A DNA stretch of 64,000 nucleotides from Octopus sinensis (taxonomy: Eukaryota): the NCBI RefSeq assembly GCF_006345805.1, contig NC_043016.1, forward strand, positions 21,142,001 through 21,206,000, given 5' to 3'. The translations under genes and the position numbers were made by a program. Position 1 is the stretch's first letter; the number at the start of each line of letters is the position of its first letter. Below are positions 39,761 to 55,211 of this stretch, one piece after another. Under the pieces are notes generated by a model. It saw only the letters and a list, made by a program, of their open reading frames with translations, was not told the DNA's origin and searched no databases.

Positions 39761-42628
39761 TGTTTTACTACAGGCTGTGCTCTTCTAATCGTGTTTGACA
39801 TTTCATCTGTCTTTATGTGCTGATTTCAAGTTCCACCTGAGTTGACTTTGCCTTTCATTCTTTCAGGGGCAATATAAAATAAATCCCAGGCCCTTTCATT
39901 CTTTCAGGGTCAATATAAAATAAATACCAGCTGAGCACTGGGGTTGATGCAATTAACTTATCTCCTCCCCCAAATTTCTGGGCATTGTAACAAAATGTGA
40001 AACCATTATTATAATTATTATTAATTCTTGTAAATTGAAGATAGATAATCTCATCAGTGATCAAGTTCTGATCAATTTGTAGCAAGTTAACAAAAGAAAA
40101 GAAATATTTTTAAAGGAAATTTGACTGCTTTTTCTAGGAATAGTATAGAGGTTTCCCTCTTTGATTCATAGTTTGGTGGTTTACTGTACAGAGGTTGAAA
40201 ATTTACAGGGGAGGTGAATTAAATTATATTATAGTTAAACATTTTCCAATGATAATACCAGTATCAGTGGTGCATGTAACTCACACAAGATCAGTATATA
40301 ATTTTTTCTTACTTCAATAATCATCAATCGTTATCTAACTCAATGTCTTTAAATCTTAGGAGTTGCAATATTTGTAAAAATGAAGAAAATATGTAACACA
40401 CCACAGAGGATATGAGAGAGTTTTATCTAAGAATATATTTCAGGACAATTTTAAAATTATTTTGAAATAGCAATAATACAAAATCCCTGTGAGTTTAGCA
40501 ACTGAATGGTTGTCATTTTCACATTTTTGGGTCACATCAGTCAAAACTTCAGACTCTGTGAGTGTGTGCATATATCTATATGCTGCTGCATATAAATATG
40601 CAACAATATGCAATTAGTACAACTGAAACACGTGTCAGACAATTATTATGAATAAGCTAACTGGAAATGAACATAAAGTTTGAATGTTCAAATTCTTCAT
40701 TCTCCTTATTAGATATAAGATACAATATCTAGAATAGATAAGTGTATATCTCTCACTTGTAACAATTTATGCATGAGGATGGTATAGTTAGTGCAAATAA
40801 TAGAGAGCTAGATTAAATGCTATATGGTAAATGCCAGAGCAAATTCAATGTTTTCATTCACCTTAAGTTAATACAGTATTAGTTCATTGAAGTCAAATTC
40901 ATTTTTCATACACATTAGACAGTAGTTACCCTTGATTTGCCATACATCACTGTATCAGACATAACAATTATAGTTTTGCTCAAATTCATTTTGTATCAAT
41001 TTTTGCATGCTAAGACTTCATGTATAAAATACAGTATTTACATAATTTATGTATTATGAGAGACCTGATTGACCTAGTTCATTCCAATATTTTGTCTATT
41101 TTTTATCATAGTAATTCAGCAAAAATGAGCATTAAAAGTTAATATCTGCATGATTGTCTTTTACTTCATGCTTTGAATGCTAAATTCGTTTTTGAGACTA
41201 TCTTCACAAAACTTAGGTGTGGGCATGGGTGTAAGGTTAAGAAATCTTCTTTGTTCATGGTTCGATTGAACCCAGAAATACAGCCTCAGTTCTCAATCAC
41301 ACAAAGGTATTGCTATGTGTTAAGAAGTTTTCTTCTTTTACTAGGGTCTCAGGTCAACCAATACTTTACAAGTGCATCTGGCAGATAGAAACTATGGAAG
41401 CTCATCATGTGTGTGTGTGTGTATGCGTGTGTGTGTGTGCACGTTTGTTTCTCACCACTTGATAACCAGTGTTTGCTTATGTCGTAATAAAAATTTGACA
41501 GAAAGAAACTGGCAGAAAACATACCAGGCTTAGACTGAACCCTTTGAAGAGATGCTAAAGTACAGCTACAGTTCAATGACTGAAACAAGCAAAAGAATAA
41601 ATACACATACCTACATATATACATGCACACATTAATAATACATTAATATGCATATATATGTATATATACATATGTGTGTGTGTGTGTGTGCAGGTATGGC
41701 TTTGCAGTTAAGGAGCTTGTTTTACAACTACATGGTTTTGGGTTCAGCCCATGGCACAGCAACATGAGCAAGTGTCTTCAACTATAGCTTTAGGCTGACT
41801 AATGCCTTCTGGGTCATCTTTGTAGACAGAAACTGTGTGGAAGCTGTAAAATATATATGTCTGTTTGCCTCCATCAACTGCTTGACAACCAATGTTCATT
41901 TGCTTGTGCCCCCATAACTTAGTGGTTCAAAAAAGATATTGAAAGAAAAAGTACCTGACTTAAAAAAATAAGTGCTGGAGTTAAGGTTGTGCCCCAGCAT
42001 GGCAACAGTCCAATGAATGAAAAAAGTAAAAGACAAAAGATATCTCCTTGTTAATATACAGCAAGGACACTTAATACATAAAGCATAGTTACAATAAAAT
42101 AACAATAATAAAAAGAGCTGAGTTTTCAAGATGTTTATATCAAGTTTTGCATTGCAGCTTTTCAAAATAACATTTTAGTTTTAGCTGATTATACCATTAT
42201 TTATTCAATGAAGATTTCACCTGAAGATCCCAAGAGAAACATTCATTTTACATAAACTGTATACTCTGCAGCATTTACTGATTTATTCTTCCCTCATTTC
42301 TATTAAGCAAATCAGTGTGTGTGTGTATACATCATCATCATTTAACATCCATTTTCCATGCATGCATGGGTAGGACGGTTGACAGGAGCCAGCCAGGTAG
42401 AAGACTACTCTGGGCTACTGTATCTGTTTTGGCAGGGATTTTATGGCTGGATGCCCTTCCAAACATCAACTACTCTGCAGAAAACAAAAGACAAAAACAA
42501 GTGACAAAACAACATGCAGGTGTATTAGATTGATGCTTGAAAAGAATGCAAAAATCTTTGACATTTTGAGCCTATGCTCTTTAACAGAAAGGGTTGAAAG
42601 GAAAAAAATGGAGAACAAAAAAGTTTAT

Positions 42629-42678
<50 letters not shown>

Positions 42679-44181
42679 ACACACACGCTCATCTGCACAC
42701 AATTATATCTATATTTATGTGTGTGTATGGACATGTGAATATCATTATCATCATTTTAATTCTCATTTTTCCACTCTTGCACGGATCACATGTGTATGTG
42801 TGACTATATCTTTCACATCAGCAAAAGCTGTTGCTCTTTGAACAAAGTTCTTTTAGTTAAGTTACTGTTATTCTGAAATGGAATAATTATACCAACAATG
42901 TCATCTTCTACAACCTACTGAGGCAATTTCTACATAAGCATAGAAGAGTGAACCCACCAACCTTTAAGAAACAGCAGTCAAATCTCTCATACATCACATT
43001 CTGCCATTGCAAAGAAGGAAGGATATATATAGTTCTATAAACAATGTCTGAAAAAAATATAAGTATTTGTTGACCTTAGTTTAGACAGACCTCACAGTCC
43101 TACATTACCTTACCAAAGTCTTGCACTTCACATTTTGAATCTCTCAATGGTATCTACATAATAGAGCTTGCAACTTTTCCACAAGCTGGTTAAAGTTTCC
43201 AAAAAGATATGATGATGCAAGCTCATCTTTGGTCAAAAGCAATGCACTGAAAATTATGCTCTACACTGCTTTGTTGTTTATGAGATGAATGGCAAAAGTT
43301 TATGAACATAAAAAACTGTAGAAAACAAATTAGGCTAGTCATATCTGGAACAATTTTGATAGCCAATTTGCTTCATCAATGCTGATCTGGAACTAACGAG
43401 CATTGAAAACAACAACCTTTGACACAACATCTATTTTCAATGTTAATGAAGTTAACTAAATGATAATAAAACTTTCAAGTTGCAGCAGAACAAGCTATGA
43501 ACCTTGTCTGCTTAAAGTTTTATTCACATAAGAGTGTGCAGTGGTAGTGCACAAATTTGGCTTATAGAGTGAAAAATGCATTAAAATATTGCAAAGGAGA
43601 ATTTTAGATTGTGACAGGAACTCATCCATACATCTCATATTGGTCCCTATTTTTTTTTTATTTCCAAAATGCAATGATTAATGAAAGTTTGAATTATAAT
43701 TTTAACATCCATAATTATTCATATCTCTTTGCCTATTTCTTTTACACACACAGATAGACATACAAATTACACTTGCATTTCAGTATATTTTTGAAAGTTT
43801 GACATGAGCACAGATGTGTGAAACTTTACATTATGTCACGTGTCTAGAGAAACTTAAGCCAAAATAAACATCAGATATATATTCTGAGTTTTATGAATGA
43901 CTTTGTGGGGGTATTGAAAAAAAAAAAAAAACTAAAAATTCTTAAGAAATACATGAAAAAACTTAATCATAAAAATGACTGAATTTTTTTCCCTGCATTC
44001 CCTCACATTTATTAATTTCATTTAAAAACTTTTGCTTTTGAGATGAACAATTAGAAGATTAAATTAACATGTATTTTTATACATTGGATGACTTGATTAT
44101 CTTTCGTTTTTTTAATCAGTTTCCGTTACTCAGAAGAAAGGGAATATATAAAATGGCAAAATTCTTTTATTGCTTAAGGTA

Positions 44182-44255
44182 TCAACAAACTGACGTGCCA
44201 CTTGTTTCTCGGGTCATACAGACGCGGGGTCTTATGTGAGCCCGTCTCTCAGCAC
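44182..44255 (-). CDS. DIAPH: Diaphanous terminal coding exon (GAERRAHIRPRVCMTRETSGTSVC*)
   Basis: Strong pyrimidine tract plus tag acceptor, phase 1. GAERRA...MTRE resembles the Drosophila Dia C-terminus as I recall it. AATAAA at 44171-44166. Confidence 0.8.
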
Positions 44256-44829
44256 CTAGGGAAATAAGAAAGAGAAAAAGATAATTTAAACAAACAAAAA
44301 TTAAACATTAATTAACAGAATTTGATAAACAGCAAACACTTGAAACTGGAAATAAATATTAAACAAAAGTTAAACATTATAAGCACTAAATTGGGAGAGA
44401 AATGAAAGACAAAAAGAAGTCCCATTTGTAGGACTGGAGCAACACATTTATTACTTGTTGAACAACTTTAATATCAGTTATGTTACAGCTTGCATGGCAT
44501 TCTATTTCTTCAAGTTTGATACAATGATTTATAAATAGGCACTTATTACTTTAAAATCTTAGCAGTTAATTCAAAATGGTGTGGTGCACAAGTGAACAAA
44601 ATTTCCAATGTTAAATATGAAAATTTTTCTTTTCTAACAATAATAATATCTGACATATATTGTCATCACTGATTTTGGTAAGAGCTGGGTGTGGATTGTT
44701 TGTGCTGTTATCAAAAACAGAAGGGAAATCCAAAATCAAAAGTATTTTTTCCTATCAATTGTATGAAATGGGCTGCTACAATAAGCATGTCACACACAAA
44801 TGTATCATACTGAACCAAATAGTTAATAT

Positions 44830-46720
44830 GGGGAGAATTCACAAAAAAACAAAAGATGAAGACAGGTGGTGTAGATAACAAACAAATGTATTAGTTTAAC
44901 GCTTGGGATGTGAAAAAGTCTTTAACGTTTCAAGCCTATGCTCTTCCACAGAAAGAAACAAGGAGAGAAAATAAAGAATGTGTAGTGGCTAGCGGTCTAT
45001 CATGGCGAATGCTGGATAGAATGGTCACACAAGAGAGCTAGGAAGGAGGGGAGATAATAAAGTAGTGGTGATCCCAAAATGAAGGTACACATGCATGTAT
45101 GTGTGTTGAAAAGGGCTGGTCACTTTGATGTGTGTGTATGTAGGTATGTGGATGATGGTGTGGTGCTGGGAAGAGGTCAGTGCTGGTGTGTGTGTGATGG
45201 TGTGATGTGGTGTTGTGTGGTATGGTGTGGTGGTGTTGGGATGTGGGGGAGGTGAGAGTGGGGAAAGCAAGGGTGGGGTGTGGGTTAGGCTGATGGTAGG
45301 GGGTAGAGGTGGGAGTAAGGGATGGGTGGGGTTGGATTGTGTAAGGGAGTTACGAGGGAGGGGTTACAATGAAGGGAGAGGGGAAGGGAGGTGGGTAGGA
45401 GTCAAGAGAAGAGAGGAGAGTAGGAGTGAAGAGAAGTAGGAGCAAGAGAGGAGAGGTGGGTGGGAGGAAGTAGGTGTGAAAGGAAGAGAGGAGAAGGGCG
45501 GAGGGTTAGATGAAGAGTTGAGCCTATGTGGTGCAAAGGAGTGAAGAGAGAAGATTAACCCCTGTTCACGGCAAAGACAGGAGTTCAGATGGGCCCTGTG
45601 CAAGGACAATCCAAACACAGACAGGTGTTGCAAAGAGTGACTGGTAGAGTGGAAATGGTGCGAGACCAGGGTGTCATGCCAAGTCGGATGTCTTGAAGGT
45701 GTTCCTTGAACTGGTCAGCCAAGCAGTGTCCCATTTGCCCAATGTATAGAGGAGGGCAGAGAGAGCAGGAGATGCAGTAGAAGAGCAGGTGAAGGAGTCG
45801 GTGATGTGAAAGGGTCGATGGTGGTGCCAGTGAGGGTGGTGTTGGAGAGGTAAGGGCAAGTGCAGCAGCGTAGGTGGGAGCAGGGGAATGAGCCAGGATG
45901 GGAGATTGGGTTAGGGAAGAAGCTGTGGACCAAAAGGTCTTGTAGGTTGTGGGATCATTTGAAGGAGGGGAGTGGGTCAGTTAAGGAAGATGTGCAAAGT
46001 GGAGGGGTTGGACTGGAGTTGCGGGAAGGCTCAGAGATTGGTGTGTTGGAGAGGGTGGTAGGTGAGGGGAAACAGGAGACGGTGGGGAAGGTTCGAGGGG
46101 GAGAGTAGATGCATGGTCCACGGAACGTGCTCTAGCAAGACTAGTGTGGATAGTAGTGAGGGGATATTCCCGTAGGATGAAGTGGCGAGCCACATGTTGA
46201 GACTGAGTCTCAAAGTCATGGTCATCACTGCGGACCCTGCGTAGAAGGAGGAATTGGGAATAGGGGATGGAAAGTTTGGTGTGTTTAGGGTGGGAGGAGA
46301 AGTTGAGGTATGAGTGTGAATCTGTGTATTTGTAGTGGGTGGAGGTGGCAAGAGTGGAGTGATGAATGCTGACCGAAATGTCAAGAAAGGAGACAGAGGT
46401 GTTAGAGATAGTGCAGGAGAAGTGGAGGGCAGGATGGAAAGATTTGACAAAAGACAGGAAGGAGTCTAGATGTTCGTGGGAAGGTGAGGTTTCACCGATA
46501 CAGTCGTCAATATAACAGCCATGTAGTTCGGGAGTGGGACCAGAGAAACTTTAGAATATTTGGGCCTCAACATAGCCAACGAACAGGCCCATTCTTGTTC
46601 CCATGGCCACTCCCAAGATCTGCTGGTAAGAATCACCAGTAAACGAGAAACAGTTGAGTGAGAGGTCAAGTTCAGCCAGACAAACGAGTGTGGATGTGAT
46701 GGGTTGAGGTTTGGGTCGAA
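44830..46720 (-). mobile_element. Older degraded copy of the Penelope family at 27039-29651
   Basis: Colinear nucleotide similarity over RT, GIY-YIG and the 3' end. Confidence 0.85.
44919..44956 (-). ncRNA. Hammerhead-like motif of the second Penelope copy
   Basis: TCTTT-CTGTGGA-A-GAGC-ATAG-GCTT-GAAAC-GTT-AAAGA; homologous to 27136-27173. Confidence 0.45.
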
Positions 46721-46729
46721 GATCAAGAG

Positions 46730-47950
46730 AAATGCACTATGATGAACATCATGATGCCATCTTTTCTGTGGCTAGGAATAAGCCCATACACCTTTATTGA
46801 TCTGGAGTAAGCTTTGATAAGGTCCCTTGTACTGTGATTTGGTCACTAAGGAAATTAAGTATAAATGAATGGTTTGTGACTGCAAAGGGGCAGTCAGTAA
46901 CGTTAAAATCAGTAATGAATTGAATGTGCAGGTGGGGATATATCAGGGCTCAGTTCTTAACCTTACCCTCTATTTATTATAGTCCTCCAAGCTATAGCAG
47001 AGTATTTGGGATTAGCTACACTTAAGAACTCCTATATGCTGACAACTCAATGCATATGACAGAATCAGTAAAAGAAGTGAAGCAGAAATTCCAGACATAC
47101 AAACAAAATCAGGGACTGAAAGTTGTTGAAGTAAACTTAGTGAAAATAAAAGGAGTAGATATACCATAAGGTATGTCCAGTGTAAACAATGAACACACAA
47201 AAAGTATAGTAGGATTAAATGTAGGCTAATAGAAAAGGTATTTATATGATGTAGGTGTATAGGGACAGTAGGAACTAAGACCACTTGGTAAATAGATTTG
47301 CTCAAATGCTTAGAGGGCTCCCTAAATACAACTAATAGGAGACCAGAGCAGCAGTAGAGACAGATATTCTGAAAGCAAGGTAGCTAGAATAAGAACAGAT
47401 TAGAAAAAGTTCATGGAACTATTACTTCTGCTGGCAACAAAGGAATTTTCTCAAAGGCAAATGGTAGATTGTATCATGTCTGTATGTGAAGTATGTTGCA
47501 GAACAGTGAGACATGGGTCTTAAATTTGGGGGATGCAGGGACTAGAAAGAAATGAGGCAAGTATGTTTTGCTGGATATGCCATGCTACTGTGAAAAAATG
47601 ATGGAGTATAAATGAACTGAGAGACAAGCTGGGTATTAGGGGAATCAAATGTGACATGCAAGAGAGGAGACTATAATAATATAGGCATATGATGCATATG
47701 GAGGATGACAACTGCAAAGTGTTAATTACTCAAAATGAATGGCATTTGTGGAAGAGGCAGACAGAGGAAGTCTTGAGATGAGATGGTGGAAAATGACCAT
47801 AAGATGTTCCAGCTTATGAAAAAGATGACAGAGGACCATGTTGACAGATGATATACATGGTGCTGCAGAAGATCTGACCCCCCACCAACAAAAAAAAAAA
47901 GTCCACCAAGGTTCAGTCCTCAACCCCCTCCTATTTAAGACAAGTTGAGA
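46730..47950 (+). mobile_element. Highly degenerate RTE LINE RT fragment
   Basis: Recognisable EKAFDKV, QGSVL and YAD nucleotide remnants. Confidence 0.65.
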
Positions 47951-49944
47951 ATACACTCTGGCTTCTCATCATCGCCTTATCACTTCACACACCGTTCTCC
48001 CCACTCATAAATAACATGGTGTAGCACTGCATCTCCTCCTTCTTAACTCTCCTCATTACTCCTATCACTCTCTGGCCTTCTCTTGCTAAACCCCTGATAC
48101 TACTATTTCTTTTCCATCCTATTACTCCCTTCTTTCTTCATGCACCTATGACTGTATGCTACAGAAAATAAAAAATGAAAAAAATAAACAAATAAAAGTC
48201 AGTATATATTTTTTCTACAAAAGTCAGAAGTCACAAATCTAAGAGATCATCCATTTTTTTCTAGCCTTCTCAAATGTAGTTCTCTAATGCCAAATTACTG
48301 AGGACAAATTTGTACTGCTTTCTTTGATTATTTATTGCATTTCTTGTAAAATCTGCAATCTATTGTACTTTAGTGCTTTGGTTCAACCCTATGATATAGC
48401 TTGTGGGCTGGTATGGGAGGAGGACGGTTGAAATTCTCAGGATTCATTCGTATAATCACTAATATAAATAATTGTTATTTAAATACATCCTAAAAAACTA
48501 TATTTTTTAAAATCCCAACGTAGCAAAAACCAAAATTGTAATTTTAGCTAATTTATTTTCTTTTATTTCTCTTTCTCTCACATATTTTTGGATTTTTAAC
48601 TATATTTACTTGTGATCTTCTAGCTTCTAACATCTTTCATACATCCTTCAACACATTTCTGATTCCTTCATTATGAAGGGCCCTGCCTGCTAAACATGTT
48701 AGTTTCTATTTCATCTCATGACAATGAATACATCTTAAGATTTTAAAAAATAATAACTTAGTATAGAGAGATTTACAGGTTTTATTTACAAATCACAATA
48801 TTCACTATACGATACTGCAATAAAATATTATAAAAACAAAGTTTTTTTGATGATGAGATAAAACATTCTTAGACAAAATAAAAACAATAAATAAACAAAT
48901 AAAAGTAGGCCAAATTAATTATATTAGTAACATACCAGAAGCAAATAAATAGATTAAAAAACAGAAAGAATATGCAAGAAAAACAAATTATTAATCGTGC
49001 CAATAAAATAAATGAATTTAAAGTGTTAATGTTTTTGGAAATTAAACAACAAAACTATTCAAATGTGCTTGAAATATTACGTTTTTGAATACAATGGAAA
49101 TGTGAATGAAAAACAGTTTAGTAGATAGCTCAAATCATAACTTCACAAAATGCTCAATATAATATAGGTTAAAAATCATTAAAACACTTAGTATGTAGTT
49201 CTCATGGCAATAATTGATGGGAGAAAAACTGAAAACTTTTAAGACAATAATCAAAGACACAACTGTTTAAACATAGCACAAACAGAACATGCTGGAACAA
49301 TGAAAGTTAGATCAGTCAAAGAAATGATGTAAGGAACATAGTTAAATACAGGATTAAAAGCATGCCCAAAACAATTTCATATTAACCATATAATATTCTA
49401 GATAATTTAAAGTATTTTAGTTTAGTATCAGAAGAAAATTAAGGTGTTTAAAACCTATGAATTGCTTCTCATCTCCTTGGAATAAGTAAAAAATTACTTC
49501 TAAGACACCAATTAATTGATAACTTTGTTTCAGTAAGCAAATCAAGTGACTTACAAATAATATAATCAAATCAATGTCATTTTCCAACAAATAAAACACA
49601 ACTCTAAGTACTGAATTGATGGAGACTTTTCATTGCCATTTAAATGCTCAAATATCTATGCATTCATAGATCAGACAAAATTCATTGAGCAGAACTTCTA
49701 GTACGGCATACACTTCTGGTGGCCAACACTCACCTGTTTTCCGAAGTAGATAATTTTCCTTAATCCTTTGAACATTGCAAATGTCATAACTTGTCTGATA
49801 AGAATATTTGTTTACAACAACTGTATAATGGGAAGATAAAGAGACATGAACACACACACTCATACACACGTACAAACAAATTATATATATAATACATGTA
49901 AGTATATTACATAAACATATATATGGTAACACATCCGTCTATAT

Positions 49945-51150
49945 TTGAATGGTTTACTTTCAAGAGAAGTACTAAGTCAAAGTAAACCACTGTATTTAGC
50001 TTTTGTTGACATGGAGAAAATCATTAACAGAAACTTTCACTCTGTGATCTGGTCGTCTCTAATAAAACTAGGGATAGATGAATGGCTCATGAAAGCCATA
50101 CAAGTCATGTATGGAGTGCTGTCTGTAAGGTGAGAGTTAGCCATGAGTAGAGTAACGAATTTAAAATATAAACAAGGGTTTAGCAGGGCTTGGGTCTCAG
50201 TCCCTTCTTATTCACGATTGTCCTCTAGGATATTACAGAAAAATTTAAGAACTGCCGCTCCTGGGAACTACTATGTACTGACAACCTCATTCTTATAGCA
50301 AAGTCTGTAGTAGAATTACAGGTTGGAAGCAAAATCTGGAATCAAAGGGACTCAAACTTAAGTTTACAAAGACCAGAGTTCAAGTAAGTAGGAAAACAGA
50401 TGGGGCTATTCCCATCAGGTGAATGCCCCTGCTCGATACACAGGAGAGCTATAGTCAAGAATTCTATATTGTGTATCCAGTGCAAGTTATGGGCACACAA
50501 GGGGAGTAATGGAATCACAGGAAGATTAATGGAGAAAGTAGCATTTGTTTGCAGATGTGCAGGAGCAATAAACACTAAAGACACTTGAGAAATGTACCTT
50601 CTTGAATGTCCTGGAGGCTCCCTAAAGGTAATAGATAGTTTCTGTTACCTAGATGACCTAATTAGTAGTGGAGAAGGATGTTCTGAAAGTATAGTTGATA
50701 GAATAAGAATAGGATAGAGAAAGTTCAGTGCTATTGCTTCTGTTGGTGTTGAAAGGTCTCACTCTCTCTCTCTGAGTGAAAGGCTAATTCTATGATACTT
50801 ATGTGCATGCAGCAATGCTACATGGTAGTGAGACATGGGCCCTGAATGCAGAAGATGTGAAGCTTGCATGTCCCACTGAATGTGCAATGTCAGTGTGTAT
50901 ATAAAACAAGTGCTAATATACTGAGAAAATAATTTTGCATAAGAAGAATCAGAGGTAGTATTTAAGAAAGACAACTGTATTGGTTTGGTTATGTGATGCT
51001 CATGGATGAGGACAGCTGCATAAAGATGTGCTGGTTGCTTAAAGTGGATGGAACATGTAAAAGAAGACCCAGAAAAGCTGATCTCATAATGTTGAACCTC
51101 ATGGTGGAGATGAGAAGGACTGAAATAATTGGTGATTTACTGTGCTTGAG
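49945..51150 (+). mobile_element. Degenerate RTE LINE RT fragment
   Basis: PLYLAFVDMEK and LGIDEWL; decayed homology to 52310-53570. Confidence 0.75.
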
Positions 51151-52309
51151 GAAATCTGTCCATGATGACAAAAGTGAGGTCCTGGAAGCATTTTGTTATG
51201 CTTGTATGTATTGGGCCCTGCCCCTGCATCCATCTTGCCCAGTCAAGCATTCCCTAAATCTCATCTCTGTAACATCCATCCCTCCATCGCTCTTCTGTCT
51301 GGTACTACTCACCATTTATTTATTTATTTCCAATACTCAGCCCTTTCAGACATTCCCCATGACTTGCACTCCCTCCACTCGTCCTCTTTCCTAGTCACTG
51401 CACTATGTTACACATGTAACTGGAAATGGCACTGGATCTCGTCTTTGCTCACTCTGCTCCAACTGCCTTTTCTTCTAATCACTGTACTGAGCTGCCAGTA
51501 CAGAGAGTGACTTGTGTATATTCTATGAACATGCTAGATATCTCTTCCTCTCCCACAAAAATGCATATGTATGAGTCATAGCATCATATCTGTTCATATT
51601 CAGTGTACCGTAACATCACTTCTGTGCTATCAACCAGGTCATTCATCACCTGATCTTTTTTTCTCACCAAGAAACATGTAGATACCATTACAGTCTCTCT
51701 TCCATCACTTCTTCCAACACTCCCTCTTCTATCACTCTCTCCTCTTTCATTCTCGGACTCCAATCAGTTTCCTCCTTTAATTCCCTCGATCTAACTCTGG
51801 TCCTTTCTCATCTCTCTCTTATTCAAGCTGCTTTTAATAAGGCAATGCACGACAATCTATCTTATGTTGGCACCACAATATAATACACCCAGTACATTGA
51901 GTAAAGTGACTCATGACAGGAAGGCAATCCAGTCATAGAAACCACATCCAAAATTTAAGCATATGAGTGATATGGTCCACTAACCGATCTAAAAGAGGAT
52001 AGGAACACTAAGAATTCACTGACTGTGACAACCCACCCAACTCAATCCAGTATGGAAAGCATAAGTAATATGTTGATGACAAATATTGATTTCATTCATT
52101 TACATTTAAGAGTACTCAAATGCAAACAAGCACACAGATATACATAAATGTAAGTACAATGTATTGTTTTTCAGTTAGAGTACTCAAAAATATGGACATA
52201 GAAAACATAGGAGCAAACATTAATGTATATACAGCTTGTTATTCAGACTGGACCAAAGACTTGAGGTATTTCCTGTTGCAAGATAGTGTGTGAGAGAGAA
52301 TCAAGGTGT

Positions 52310-54156
52310 TGTAGGAGAAATACCTAGCAAAAGATAAACCTTGTACCTGACTTTCGTTGACATGGAGAAAGCCTTTGACAGGGTCCCCTGATCCCTTATC
52401 TGGTGGTCAATGAGGAAACTAGGGATAGATGAATGGTTAGTGAGAGCTGTGCAAGCCATGTCAGGGACGCTGTCAGTAAGGTGAGGGTTGGCAACAAATA
52501 CAGTGAAGAATTCCGGGTAGAGGTAGGAGTCCACCAAGATTCAGTCCTCAACCCCCTCCTATTTAACATAGTCCTCCTCCAGGCAATACCAGAGGAATTC
52601 AAGACAGGATGCCCCTGGGAGCTCCTTTATGCTGACGACCTTGCTCTAATTGCTGAGTCACTATCAGAACTAGAGGAGAAGTTTCAAGTGTGGAAATGAG
52701 GATTAGAATTGAAGGGCCTTAAAATCAACCTAGCTAAAACCAAAGTCCTAATAAGTAGGAAGGCAGGCAAACCACAAATCCCTTCAGGTAGTTGGCCCTG
52801 CTCGATCTGTAGAAAAGGTGTAGGTAGAAACTCTATAAGATGTACCCAGTGTAATCTATGGACACATAAGAGGTGCAGAAATATCAAATGAAGGCTAACT
52901 GGGAAGATAGTTTTTGTATGTGGCAGATGCTTAGGAGCAATAAACACTGAAAATGTGCAGAGAACAACTTCCGCCATATTCCAGGGAGAAAAACTAGAAG
53001 TAGTTGATAGCTTCCATTACCTAGGTGACCAAGGCAGTAGCAAGGGAGGGTGCGCTGAAAGTGTAGCTGCTAGAATAAGAATAGCCTGGGCAAAGTTCAG
53101 AGAGCTCTTACCTCTGCTAGTGACAAAGGGCCTCTCGCTCAGAGTAAAAGGTAGACTGTATGACGCATGTGTATGAAAAGCCAGGCTACATGGCAGTGAC
53201 TGCTGAGGACATGTGTAAGCTCGCAAGGAATGAAGCCAGTATGCTCCAATGGATGTGTAATGTCAGTGTGCATACTCGACAGAGTATTAGTGCCTTGAGA
53301 GAAAAGTTGGACCTAAGAAGCATCAGATGTGGTGTGCAAGAGAGACGACTGTGCTGGTATGGCCATGTGGTGAGAATGGATAAGGATAGCTGTGTGAAAA
53401 AGTGCCACACCCTAGTGGTTGAGGGAACCTGTGGAAAAGGTAGACCCAGGAAGACCTGGGATGAGGTGGTGAAGCACGACCTTCGAACATTGGGCCTCAC
53501 TGAGGCAATGACTAGTGACCTGGACCTTTGGAAATATGCTGTGCTTCAGAAGACTTGGCAAGCCAAGTGAGACCGTAACCTCGTGGCCTATGCCAGGGGT
53601 GTAACCAGCCCACTTATGAGTACCTTTCCTTCCTTGGACACTAAACTCTGCTTGCGAAGACCTGTTGAGGCAAGTGAAATCAAAACTGAAATCAAATTCA
53701 ATGACTGGCATCCGTGCTAGTGGAGCGCTAAGAGCACCTTCCGAGCATGATCGTTGCCAGAGCAACAAACTGGCTTCCATGTCGGTGGCGTGTAAAGAGC
53801 ACCATTCGAGCATTATCATTACCTGCGTTGCCTTACTGGCACTTGTGCTGGTGGCACGTGAAAAAAACATTTGAGCGAGGTCATTGTAAGCGCCGCTGGA
53901 CTGGCTCCTGTGCAGGTGGCACGTAAAAAGCACCATTTGGGCATGGCCATTGCCAGTACCGTCTCACTGGCCCTCGTGCTGGTGGCACGTAAAATCACCC
54001 ACTACACTCTCGGAGTGGTTGGAATTAGGAAGGGCATCCAGCTGTAGAAACTCTCAGATTGGAGCCTGGTGCAGCCATCTGGTTCACCAGTCCTCAATCA
54101 AATCATCCAACCGATACCAGCATGGAAAGCGTATGTTAAACGATGATGATGATGAT
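52310..54156 (+). mobile_element. RTE-clade LINE 3' part, in formin intron
   Basis: FVDMEKAFD, GVHQDSVLNPLLF and YADD; (GAT)n tail at 54142-54156. Confidence 0.9.
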
Positions 54157-55211
54157 ATAAACATAATGACTACCTCAATCTCCATTACAGACATAGCCAG
54201 TTCAAATCCACTCTCCTTTTGTACCTAAATGAAAAAGCTGTACATCAAGCTTCACAGTCTCTCAAACTGTCTACAAGTTAAACAATTAGTCACATACTAT
54301 GACTTATGTGTTATAAATTGACCTATAATATTCAAACAATTATCATGTTTTTCTCAGTTAATCCATAAAGGTGAAGTTCTGTCTTATTCATTCTCAGAAA
54401 TGCTTACACATATACTTCATTACATATGTAAAAATTATGAAGCAATAGAAGATATAATAAACTAAAAACAAAATGAATAGCATCACCAATAGCAAAATTG
54501 CAGTGAGAGTTTGTTAATAACTGGTTCAAATATTCATGCAAATTGATGTGAGTTAGTATTGTAAATTTAAGAAAATGACAATTGAAATCCTCTCATCAAT
54601 TTTTATAGTAGAAACATGGCATATACCAAGTGTTATAAGTATGTGCCATTGCATCTGTGAATCTACTGCTCTCAATTGAAACCTAAGTACATTTTCCAAT
54701 GTTTTCTTTAATCTCTTTATAAGTACCTCTGTACACTTCCTTCTTTCATTTTTGATGAGTATATACAAAAAAAAAAAAATGTGAGCTAGTTATCATCTTG
54801 ATTTAGATTTGCGTCTTCTATTGAGTATCATTAACTCACTCTCTCTCTCTCTCTCTCATACTTTTCTTTCTCTTATCTTTCTCTCCTAGATAAAATCTAT
54901 TCGTTAGTTCTGTTTTGACTTGCATTCAAAAGGAATTTAAACTATGAGAAAGACATTCTCTAAAAAAATCTATATAACATGATGAAGGTTTGTAACCTAG
55001 AAAACTTCACAAGTGCTGTTCTTCCCCAACACAGTGATTGGAGATAAGGCCGTCAAGCTCAATCTATAACATAATACAAAACAAAAACACTCCCAAGAAA
55101 AATGAATATGAAGGATTAAAATATGGGACATTAACAAAAAATAATGTAAAACAAGCAAAAGAATAAGAACAAGGAAAATAAATCATATGACTGTGCAACA
55201 ACAATGCCATT

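Noticed and set aside
44182-44200. Both convergent genes end in GTSV(C)
   Set aside because: A four-residue match with no extended nucleotide similarity; coincidence.
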